A DNA stretch of 50,408 nucleotides, from the NCBI GenBank assembly GCA_964499955.1, contig CAZCMI010000002.1, positions 17,078-67,485 of the forward strand, in the 5' to 3' direction. Source of the stretch: an uncultured Gammaproteobacteria bacterium (GTDB lineage: Bacteria; Patescibacteriota; Patescibacteriia; UBA9934; GWF2-40-263). Below the pieces are notes generated by a model. It made no database searches. It saw only the letters and a list, made by a program, of their open reading frames with translations, and had not been told where the DNA came from. How positions within the stretch are numbered: position 1 is the first letter of the stretch; the number at the start of each line of letters is the position of its first letter. Below, piece by piece: positions 17,470 to 25,179 of this stretch. Position numbers and translations under genes: made by a program.

Positions 17470-17646
17470 AGCGAAATTTTATGGGTGAAACCGCGGAAAA
17501 CAGTGCGGCGATGGTATCGTTCCGATGATCGTGTGTCAATGTCGATTCCTTGCGTCTTTTGCCGTTTCGGCCTATGCTCCGCCGTTGCCCGAACCGAAAT
17601 GGGTCGGTTGGGCGGCAGACATCCTGGGGATGAAACGAGGTGAAAC

Positions 17647-18162
17647 ATGGATGGGAAAGACGCGCATCCGCTCCCGATCTGGTTCACCGTGCAGGTGGAT
17701 CTGCGGGAGAAGGAGCTGAAAGCGCTGATCAAGCAGTACAAGCACAGGGCACGGCGTGGGCGCAGTGCAATCGCGCCCGGCGCCTTCGACGTTCTGTGCC
17801 GGTTGGAAACGTTCCAACCGCCGCGGTCCTACACGCTTTCGCTTGTGACCGGCGCCCGGCTCGGCCTGGCGGGATCGTATACGCGAGCGGCCTTGTACGC
17901 GGCGGCCGAAGCGCGCGGGTTGCGCCCGTGCCCGCCGGAACTCGGCCTGCTGCTCGTGGAACGGCACCAAACGCGGTTTCCGAGGGACGCGTGGGTGACG
18001 CTCGGCATGACGCCCGCGCCGGATTCCTTCGGGGACGACATGCTTTTCCACGTTTCCGTGGATGAAGAACGCGTCTGCGGCATCTCCGTCGGTTCCGGAC
18101 ATCCACAGACGACGTTTAACGCCCAGACGATCTGGTTGTGGTGGAATCCCGCTGCCGACTGA
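17647..18162 (+). CDS. Hypothetical protein (171 aa), no recognised family
   Basis: The GAGGTG SD lies 6 nt before the ATG. Composition is coding-like. No TM helix or signal peptide. Confidence 0.5.
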   Translation: MDGKDAHPLPIWFTVQVDLREKELKALIKQYKHRARRGRSAIAPGAFDVLCRLETFQPPRSYTLSLVTGARLGLAGSYTRAALYAAAEARGLRPCPPELGLLLVERHQTRFPRDAWVTLGMTPAPDSFGDDMLFHVSVDEERVCGISVGSGHPQTTFNAQTIWLWWNPAAD

Positions 18163-18241
18163 CCGGCGCTGCTTCCGCGAAACACCAACTCCTGCCGCCC
18201 CGGTTCTTCCGAGGTGGCGTTTTTGTTATGATCGGGTTCAT

Positions 18242-18847
18242 ATGCGCCCACCGTCTTTCCAGATGGAAAAACAATTGCTGGCCGAGGGGTTTCGTTTTGT
18301 GGCGGGCGTGGATGAAGTTGGATGCGGGGCCTTGGCTGGGCCGGTGATGGCTGGGGCGGCGATTCTGCCGCTCGATTCCCGGCTGGGGGCGTTGCGCGAC
18401 AGCAAATTATTATCGCCCGCCGCGCGCGAGGACCTGTATCCGTTGATTATGAAACGCGCCGTCGCTTGGGCCGTGGGGTCGGCGTCGGTGGAGGAAATCG
18501 CCGCGTTGAACATTCGGGGCGCGTCGTTGCTCGCCATGCGCCGGGCGGTGGAAGGTCTGCGCGTTCCGCCCGACTTCGTTCTGGTGGACGCATGGAAGAT
18601 CCCCGGTATTCCGCATCCGCAACGCGGCGTGGTGCGCGGAGACCGGACGGTGAAGTCCATTGCCGCGGCGTCTATTCTCGCCAAAGTCACCCGGGACCGC
18701 CTGATGGTGCGGGCGGCGGACGCGCATCCGGCCTACGGTTTCGACATACACAAGGGCTATGCCACGGCGGCCCACCGCGCCGCCATCGCCGCGCACGGCC
18801 CCTGCCCCTTGCACCGGCTGTCATATCGGACGTTCGGGGCGGTATAA
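18242..18847 (+). CDS. rnhB: Ribonuclease HII
   Basis: Trimmed to the ATG at 18242. Contains the GVDEVGCGALAGPV catalytic motif and SKLLS. 201 aa. Confidence 0.88.
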   Translation: MRPPSFQMEKQLLAEGFRFVAGVDEVGCGALAGPVMAGAAILPLDSRLGALRDSKLLSPAAREDLYPLIMKRAVAWAVGSASVEEIAALNIRGASLLAMRRAVEGLRVPPDFVLVDAWKIPGIPHPQRGVVRGDRTVKSIAAASILAKVTRDRLMVRAADAHPAYGFDIHKGYATAAHRAAIAAHGPCPLHRLSYRTFGAV

Positions 18848-18931
18848 TGCCGATTGACGCGCACGGCCTTTTGCCGTACCGTGTTGTCTCCGTTTATCGG
18901 GTTTTCTATCCGTGTTTCCTTCAAACAATTG

Positions 18932-20329
18932 ATGGTCCGTGCGGCGCTTTCCGTGCTCCGCGGTCTGATTCTTCTGAAGCGCCATGCCGGCCCCGTCCTG
19001 CGAGTCCTCGTCTCGCCGTTCTTGGCCGTCGGGCGCTTTTTGCTGTTTGCGGTCGGGGTGCCGTTGTACCGCGCCTTCTTTTTCCTGCGCCGCCTGTTCG
19101 GACGCATTGCGGGCGCGGCCAAGCACCGGGCGTTCTTCGTGGTGGCCAGCCGCCATCTCATCCACGCGGTCGCCTTGGCGGTCGCCTTGTCCGTGGTGGC
19201 CGCCAACGTGCAGGCGCGCGGCCAGTTGCGTGCCGAACATTACGGCCGTGACAGCATCCTCTACCACCTGGTGGCGGACGGAACCATGGTGGAAGTCTTG
19301 GAAACCGAAAGCGCGGAAACGGCCTTCCGGTTCGTGCCGTCCCAATACGCCGCGGACGCGTCCCTGCGCGCCGACGCCCATTTAGACTTCATTTCCTTCG
19401 ACAGCGAATACGCCACCACGATGGTCGGCGGATCCATCGCCGTCCTGCCCGGCGGCATGCCCAGTTCTTCTTCCGGCTCTGCCCCCACCGCGTCTCCCAC
19501 CACGCCCCGTCCGCCCGTTCCGACCCGCACGGAAACGGAAACGTACGTCATCCAATCCGGCGACACGCTCTCCGGCATCGCCGCGAAATTCGGTCTGAAC
19601 CTCAACACGATTTTGTGGGCGAACAACTTGTCGTCCCGCAGCGTGCTCCGCTTGGGCGCGTCCCTGACCATTCCGCCCGTGGACGGCGTGTATTACACGG
19701 TGAAGAGCGGGGATACGGTGGCCCGCATCGCCCAGACGCATCGGGCGGAACAATCGGACATTCTTTCGGCCAACCAACTGAGCGGAGCGGGTACCTTGCG
19801 CATCGGCCAGCAGTTGGTGATTCCGGGCGGGACGCCTCCCGCCACGCCTGCGCCTGCGCGCACGACTCCCGCGCCGATTCAGCAGCTGTTCCAGCCCCCC
19901 GCCGCTGTCACCGTCACGCCCCGCCCCGCCGACCAGCAGCCCGTGGCTTCGCGCGGTTCGGCCGCCGGGCAAGGCACGTGGATTTGGCCGACGGAATGGC
20001 GCATCATTACCCAGTATTACGGCTGGAGCCATACGGGCGTGGACATCGACGGCGACTATTCCACCCACTCCTTCGCCGCCGCGGACGGCACGGTTATCTA
20101 CAGCGGCTGGCGCAACGGCTACGGCATGACGGTCGAAATCGACCATGGCGGCGGCTACGTGACCCGCTACGCCCACCACTCCAAGCACTACGTGGACGCG
20201 GGCGACGTGGTGAAGGCGGGCGACATCATCGCCCAGACGGGTACGACGGGCCGGTCCACCGGCACCCACTTGCACTTCGAAGTCATTAAGGACGGCCGGT
20301 TCCAGAACCCGTTGGAATACGTGCGGTAA
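18932..20329 (+). CDS. Membrane-anchored LysM (x2) / M23 peptidase
   Basis: Two LysM repeats (YVIQSGDTLSGIAAKF..., YTVKSGDTVARIAQTH...). M23 motifs HTGVDI and GTTGRSTGTHLHFEV. The start is uncertain: ATG at 18932 or TTG at 18854. Confidence 0.85.
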   Translation: MVRAALSVLRGLILLKRHAGPVLRVLVSPFLAVGRFLLFAVGVPLYRAFFFLRRLFGRIAGAAKHRAFFVVASRHLIHAVALAVALSVVAANVQARGQLRAEHYGRDSILYHLVADGTMVEVLETESAETAFRFVPSQYAADASLRADAHLDFISFDSEYATTMVGGSIAVLPGGMPSSSSGSAPTASPTTPRPPVPTRTETETYVIQSGDTLSGIAAKFGLNLNTILWANNLSSRSVLRLGASLTIPPVDGVYYTVKSGDTVARIAQTHRAEQSDILSANQLSGAGTLRIGQQLVIPGGTPPATPAPARTTPAPIQQLFQPPAAVTVTPRPADQQPVASRGSAAGQGTWIWPTEWRIITQYYGWSHTGVDIDGDYSTHSFAAADGTVIYSGWRNGYGMTVEIDHGGGYVTRYAHHSKHYVDAGDVVKAGDIIAQTGTTGRSTGTHLHFEVIKDGRFQNPLEYVR

Positions 20330-20375
20330 CGAACGCGGAGCCAGCGCTCCGCGTTTCGCGTATAATGGCGGACAT

Positions 20376-20771
20376 ATGGGACACACCTGCACCAATTGCC
20401 GCGCGCACATCGAGGAGTGGAACAAATCCTGCGGGTCCTGCGGATTCCGATTGGTGCTGGTGCCCGAGGCTGAGGCGCGCGAACGATATCTGCGCGTGCC
20501 GTCCTTGGGCGCGCTGCTTTGGACGCAAGGGTGGGCCTTTGGCGCGCGGTTGTACCTATGGTTTGTTCTGTCTTTGATTCCGCCGGTGGGGCCGTTCGTC
20601 TTGGTGTTGTGCGTGATCTTCGGGCGGCGGTGGAGCTGGAAACACGGCTCCTGGACGGATTGGGAAGAATTCCGTTCGCGGATGCGGTTGCTGGATATTC
20701 TGGCGGGTGTGTGGGCGGCCTGCCTGCTGGGTGCGTACCTGTATTTCCGGTTCGTCGTTCAGGCCTCGTGA
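20376..20771 (+). CDS. Zinc-ribbon membrane protein
   Basis: N-terminal CTNC-x11-CGSC zinc ribbon followed by two hydrophobic helices. A perfect TATAAT at 20361-20366 lies 10 nt before the ATG. Confidence 0.6.
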   Translation: MGHTCTNCRAHIEEWNKSCGSCGFRLVLVPEAEARERYLRVPSLGALLWTQGWAFGARLYLWFVLSLIPPVGPFVLVLCVIFGRRWSWKHGSWTDWEEFRSRMRLLDILAGVWAACLLGAYLYFRFVVQAS

Positions 20772-22279
20772 AGACGATAGTGGAGGGCTTCGGCGATATG
20801 CGGCGGTTCGATGGTTGCGCTGGTTGCCCCGCCGGCGAGGTCGGCGATGGTGCGGGCGACTTTGCGCAGGCGGGATACGGCGCGACCGGAGAGCACATGT
20901 CGGTCGGCTGCGCGGGAAAGCAGGGTGGCCGCCTCGGGTGAAAGCGCGCACCAGTCGTCCAGCCGGCGCGGCGGGATATCGGCATTGGTGAGGAACGGTG
21001 TGCCTTTGCCGCGCCGTTGTTGGTGCGTTCGCGCGCGCATGACTCGTTTTCGCACCGCTTCGGAAGGCTCTTCCTCCGCACGCGTCAATTGTGCGGATGC
21101 CGCTTGCAACGGGACTTCCACGAGAACGTCGAACCGGTCCAACAGCGGCCCGGACACCCGGCGGCGGTAGCGTTCGCGGACGGCGAGCGAACATACGCAG
21201 GGTTTGCGCGGGTCGGAGGCGAATCCGCACGGGCACGGGTTCATGGCGGCGGCGATGAGACAGCGGGCGGGAAACCGAACCGTGCCGTGCGCGCGGGCCA
21301 CGGTGACGTCCCCGTCTTCCATCGGCTGGCGCAGCTGTTCCAACACGCGGCGTTGGAATTCAGGGAGTTCGTCCAAAAACAGCACGCCGCGATGCGCCAA
21401 ACTCACCTCACCGGGGCGCGGGACGGCGCCCCCGCCCACCAAGGCGACGGCGGAACTGGAATGATGCGGATGTCGGAACGGCCGCACGCGCATCAACGAC
21501 GCGCCTTCGGGCAGCAGGCCCGCCACGGACGCCACAACGGTCGTTTCGACGGCTTCTTCTTCGGACAGCGGCGGCAGAATACCCGGCAACGCGCGCGCCA
21601 GCAGGGTTTTGCCCGTGCCGGGCGGTCCGTTCAACAACACGTTATGCCCGCCTGCGGCCGCGATTTCCAACGCGCGTTTGGCATGGGCTTGGCCGCGGAT
21701 ATGGGCGAAATCCGTTTCCGGCGGCGGATGGGCCGCGCGCGCTTTTTGCCGCGGCCACGCGGGGATGTTCTCCTTCCCCGCCGCCCAGTCCGTGAGTTGC
21801 CGCACATGACGCACGCCTCGTACGGAAACACCACGCACGGCCGCCGCTTCCGCCGCATTGCGTTCGGGCACGAACAAAGCGCGGAACCCCCGCCGGGCGC
21901 ACAGCAGGGCCGCGGCGAGCGCCCCGCGCACCGGTCGCACGCTCCCGTCCAAGCCCAGTTCCCCCAACACCAGGCAATCCGCGAACGCGTCCGGTGGAAA
22001 GACACCCTGCGCGCCCAAGACGGAAAGCGCGATGGGCAGGTCGAAGGCCGGTCCCTGCTTGCGCAAGTCGGCGGGCGCCAGATTCACCGTCACGCGCGTA
22101 TCCGGGAAATCCAAGTTGCTGGCACGAGCGGCGGCGCGGATACGTTCCTTTGCTTCCTTCACGGCGGCATCCGGCAATCCCACAATGAAAAAATTCGGCA
22201 GGCCGAAACGGACGTCGGTTTCCACCTGCACGGGCACGGCCTCCACGCCAACGACGGCGGCGGTAAAAACGGCGGACAT
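20759..22279 (-). CDS. comM: Mg-chelatase-like AAA+ ATPase, YifB/ComM family
   Basis: 506 aa. N-terminal Lon-protease-like ChlI domain (FFIVGLPDAAVKEAKERI), Walker A NGPPGTGKT and Walker B VLFLDELPEF. Confidence 0.88.
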   Translation of the reverse strand: MSAVFTAAVVGVEAVPVQVETDVRFGLPNFFIVGLPDAAVKEAKERIRAAARASNLDFPDTRVTVNLAPADLRKQGPAFDLPIALSVLGAQGVFPPDAFADCLVLGELGLDGSVRPVRGALAAALLCARRGFRALFVPERNAAEAAAVRGVSVRGVRHVRQLTDWAAGKENIPAWPRQKARAAHPPPETDFAHIRGQAHAKRALEIAAAGGHNVLLNGPPGTGKTLLARALPGILPPLSEEEAVETTVVASVAGLLPEGASLMRVRPFRHPHHSSSAVALVGGGAVPRPGEVSLAHRGVLFLDELPEFQRRVLEQLRQPMEDGDVTVARAHGTVRFPARCLIAAAMNPCPCGFASDPRKPCVCSLAVRERYRRRVSGPLLDRFDVLVEVPLQAASAQLTRAEEEPSEAVRKRVMRARTHQQRRGKGTPFLTNADIPPRRLDDWCALSPEAATLLSRAADRHVLSGRAVSRLRKVARTIADLAGGATSATIEPPHIAEALHYRLHEA

Positions 22280-22280
22280 A

Positions 22281-22311
22281 CAAAAACTCCCCCGAACGGG
22301 TCGGGGGAGTT
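22281..22311 (-). terminator. Intrinsic terminator after lspA
   Basis: The minus strand reads AACTCCCCC gacccgttc GGGGGAGTT TTTG. Confidence 0.7.
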
Positions 22312-22327
22312 AATTTATGCTTGCATC

Positions 22328-22804
22328 CTACGTCTTTTGCGGCGGTTTGTCAATCGATTCTTCCGTGCGCGCGGCGTCTTGGCCCGCCGAAAGCAGCCAA
22401 ACGATGCCGCCGATGATCACGACATCCGACAAGTTGAAGGCGGAACGACCGAACAGCAGCAGATAGTCCACCGTGAAGCCGTACCACGCCCGGTCAATCA
22501 CGTTTCCGATGCCGCCGATGATCACCGTGAGCGCCGCCAAGGCCGCGGCGGGATTGCTTGCACGCGCCGTCCACGCCAGCCGGCCCAAGGCCAGGCCCAA
22601 AGCGATGGAAATGACGAGAATCACCCAGCCGCGCATGGGGATGTTGAACGCGATACCGAAATTCTTGTGAACCACCAAGGCCAAAAGACCGGGATCCTGC
22701 ACGGACGTGTCCGGCGGGAAATGCGCCAAGGCGTAGCGCTTCAACCACCCGTCCGCGGTAACGGTGAGGGCGGCCAGCAAGGGGAAGACGGCCCGGCGGT
22801 CCAT
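22328..22804 (-). CDS. lspA: Lipoprotein signal peptidase II
   Basis: Trimmed to MDRRAVF (ATG at 22804). Motifs HKNFGIAFN and GNVIDRAWYGFTVDYL. Confidence 0.85.
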   Translation of the reverse strand: MDRRAVFPLLAALTVTADGWLKRYALAHFPPDTSVQDPGLLALVVHKNFGIAFNIPMRGWVILVISIALGLALGRLAWTARASNPAAALAALTVIIGGIGNVIDRAWYGFTVDYLLLFGRSAFNLSDVVIIGGIVWLLSAGQDAARTEESIDKPPQKT

Positions 22805-22814
22805 GAAGGGGTGG

Positions 22815-23213
22815 TTATACTTCCTGAGTGAAGGTCTTTTTGCATTCGATGCAGGAGCCGGAGGTCGGCCGGGCGCGCATGCGGCGTTCGTCGATGTCTT
22901 GTTTGCAGTAGGTGCAGACGCCGTAGGTGCCCTTTTTGATGGCTTCCAGGGCTTTTTCCACGTCGCGCAGGGCGCGGGACAGTTCCGTTTCCACGGACAG
23001 GCTGTCGCTGAAGGCGGCGACTTCCGCCGCGCTTTCATCTTCGCTTTCTCCCGCATGGTCGTCCGCGGGGCCGTGGGAAGACGCTTGGCGGTGGCTCAGG
23101 CGGGACAGTTCCTCCTCCAGGCGCGTTTTCTCGGTCTGCAGGCGGGTTTCCATTTCTTGGACGAAGGAAGGAGCAAGGGCCATATCGTCTGAACGATGAA
23201 TGAATGTTGCCAA
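22815..23213 (-). CDS. DksA/TraR-family C4 zinc-finger protein
   Basis: Coiled-coil N-terminal part, then CTYC-x17-CIEC. The start is 23213 or 23183. Confidence 0.75.
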   Translation of the reverse strand: MATFIHRSDDMALAPSFVQEMETRLQTEKTRLEEELSRLSHRQASSHGPADDHAGESEDESAAEVAAFSDSLSVETELSRALRDVEKALEAIKKGTYGVCTYCKQDIDERRMRARPTSGSCIECKKTFTQEV

Positions 23214-23234
23214 AGAATGTACCAGGGATTTTCT

Positions 23235-23613
23235 AAAAAAACAACGGACCGATAGGCCCTACAAGTATAAGTGCAGGGACCGTAATCGGTCCGGAAGGAA
23301 CAAGATGACGCCAACTCGCGTTGGCGCAGGGATACACGGAAAACGGCCAAAGGCGTTTCACGCATGTCTCTGCGCCACACAGCGAATATGAAGCGTCTCA
23401 TCTTGCAAGATGACACGCCTTCTCTACCGATTCATCGGTCTTATCCGCGGACGTTCCCGGAGGAACGCTATGGTGCGGACGGGCCCAGCCACGCGCCGGA
23501 CTAGGACGACGTATGGCAGAACAGTAGAGAAGCGGGATATCCCTCGAAAGCGTGGGGTGCCTTCGGGGGAACTCTCTGTGGTGTCTTGGAAAGAACGTCG
23601 CACCTCTAAGGTA
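23235..23613 (-). ncRNA. Candidate ~375-nt structured RNA or long leader of unknown class
   Basis: No credible ORF. It has a promoter upstream (23621-23649). On the minus strand, perfect hairpins carry stable loops: 23452-23467 (UCCG loop), 23426-23439, 23394-23417 and 23309-23326 (GCGA loop). It ends in the nested hairpin 23246-23292 plus a U7 run. Confidence 0.45.
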
Positions 23614-23620
23614 CACAAAC

Positions 23621-23649
23621 AGTTTACCCGTTTTTGGTCATTTTGTCAA
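23621..23649 (-). promoter_or_regulatory. Sigma70-like promoter for the candidate RNA
   Basis: The minus strand reads TTGACA (23649-23644), a 17-nt spacer, then TAAACT (23626-23621). Confidence 0.5.
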
Positions 23650-23731
23650 TTGATATATCTACCGTATTTTTAGCTGAAAAATCGAATGGTCTACACGAAA
23701 AGTCGTCAACGGATTTTTTCCAAGGGAAAAG

Positions 23732-23771
23732 TTATCCACATTTCCACCGTTTTTCACACAACTTATCCACA
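23732..23771 (+). promoter_or_regulatory. Two perfect DnaA boxes (TTATCCACA), same orientation, 31 bp apart
   Basis: Exact 9-mers at 23732-23740 and 23763-23771. They lie next to an AT-rich tract (23620-23730). Confidence 0.7.
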
Positions 23772-23774
23772 GTT

Positions 23775-25175
23775 CTAATAACACAGGCGAATTGTCGTGG
23801 AAAACGGGGAATTCTTGAGGGAACCTTCGCTGAACGTGAGGGAAAGGTCACGCAGGACATTTGGTTGGTGGAACGTGGCGGATGAGGCGGCGAATAAATC
23901 CCGCATGGACGCATAGGCCGCGCCTTGGAAGCAGACGCTGGCCTTAGTCGGTTCCCCGTCCGGTTCTTCTTCGATGCCAAGCCAGGCAAACGCCAGGCGT
24001 TCCCGGTTCGTCAGGGCGAAGGACTGGTCTTTTTCCGCCAGAACGGCCACGTGCCCGTTCGGAGAACGTACATGCCGCACCCGTCCACCGGCCAACAGAC
24101 GCTCTTCCACGGTGACGGAGGCGGGGTCCGCGACGATTTCATCTGCCTGCGTTTGGTCCGGCAGAGTCCACGGGCGTAGCGTAGGTGCGTAAAAGGCCGC
24201 GGAAGCCGTGAGTAACCGCAAACGGTCTTCAGGCGACAACCCGTCGTTTTCCGTGGAAAGAACGTACCCGAACCCTTCCGATTCCGTCTCGTCGGGTTCC
24301 CGTGCAAGCAACAGGGTGCTAAAGGTGTTCGCGACCGCAGGTGCGTGGATTTGGCGGAGCAAGGTATCTATGTGCGCGGACGCGCCGAGCGAGGCTTCTT
24401 GTTCTTCCAGACCGTTGTTTGGCCACACTGGTGTAGACATATGGAGAACCGTTCCGGCGGGAAAGCGTTTCCATGGGGACGCCGGCAGGGGCAGACGCGG
24501 CAGGCGGATCGCCCAGCCGTCCGCATCCGCCGTCACCACGCCTGTTTTCCACGATCCGTCCGGTTTCCCTTCCCATTGTACGTAGGCCGTGCCCACGCGG
24601 GGGAAAAACAATCCCCAGGCCCGCCGAACCCAGGGCTGCGGCAGGCGAACGGCGGTGAGCGGCCGGGAACGGTCCGTCAGGACCACCAGGCCGGAGCTGG
24701 CGGACGTAGCCGTGATGCCATGGGTGTCCAACAGGTCTTCCAAGGAGGGCGGTTCGTAATTGTCTTCATCTGCGGGCGTTTCCTCCGTCGGGGTCTGCCA
24801 AAACAGAAGTCCTTCCGGCACAGCAAGCGTTTCCGAGCGGATGGCGGCGGACCGGCGGCCGTCGGCGTCGAAAAACACGGCGAGGTCCCCGTTCGCGTAC
24901 GGGGCGAGTTCCCGCAGGGTCAGCCCGCGGTCGGACACGGCCGTCAGGTGCCCGACGGCGTCCAGGACGCGTTCCCAGCCGTTTGCGCCCGGATGCAGGC
25001 GCAGGATGGCGACCGTGCCCTCCGGCACGGCGGAACCGACGTCCGTACGTTCAAACCAGGCCGTCGTGCCCGCATAGGCGGCCGCCAAGCAGGCGATCAG
25101 CCCCAAAAACCACGCAACCCGCCGGGCGGGGCGGGTTGCGGAGGTTCTTCCCAAGGGGATGTTCAGACGCGACAT
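23775..25175 (-). CDS. Hypothetical membrane-anchored protein (466 aa)
   Basis: The ATG at 25175 lies 4 nt after the pnp stop. N-terminal TM helix VAWFLGLIACLAAAYAG. The remainder is soluble with no motif I recognise. Confidence 0.6.
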   Translation of the reverse strand: MSRLNIPLGRTSATRPARRVAWFLGLIACLAAAYAGTTAWFERTDVGSAVPEGTVAILRLHPGANGWERVLDAVGHLTAVSDRGLTLRELAPYANGDLAVFFDADGRRSAAIRSETLAVPEGLLFWQTPTEETPADEDNYEPPSLEDLLDTHGITATSASSGLVVLTDRSRPLTAVRLPQPWVRRAWGLFFPRVGTAYVQWEGKPDGSWKTGVVTADADGWAIRLPRLPLPASPWKRFPAGTVLHMSTPVWPNNGLEEQEASLGASAHIDTLLRQIHAPAVANTFSTLLLAREPDETESEGFGYVLSTENDGLSPEDRLRLLTASAAFYAPTLRPWTLPDQTQADEIVADPASVTVEERLLAGGRVRHVRSPNGHVAVLAEKDQSFALTNRERLAFAWLGIEEEPDGEPTKASVCFQGAAYASMRDLFAASSATFHQPNVLRDLSLTFSEGSLKNSPFSTTIRLCY

Positions 25176-25179
25176 GCGA

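Noticed and set aside
23285-23312. Plus-strand GGTCCGGAAGGAAC...GATGACGCC, which resembles the SRP (4.5S) RNA domain IV apex GGUCCGGAAGGAAGCAGCC...GAUGACGCG.
   Set aside because: The conserved 3'-side AGCAGCC of the symmetric loop is missing, and the flanks do not pair into the long SRP hairpin. The same bases form the minus-strand terminator stem (ATCGGTCC pairs with GGACCGAT), which is followed by a U7 run. The tetraloop types of the neighbouring hairpins also favour the minus strand.
23235-23613. Calling the candidate RNA RNase P RNA or tmRNA on size alone.
   Set aside because: I could not find the universal P4 elements (NAAAGUCCGGNC and ACAGAANNCGGCUUA) on either strand. I also found no tRNA-like T-arm (GGUUCGA) with a 3' ACCA end or a plausible tag ORF. 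It is left as unknown class pending a covariance-model scan.
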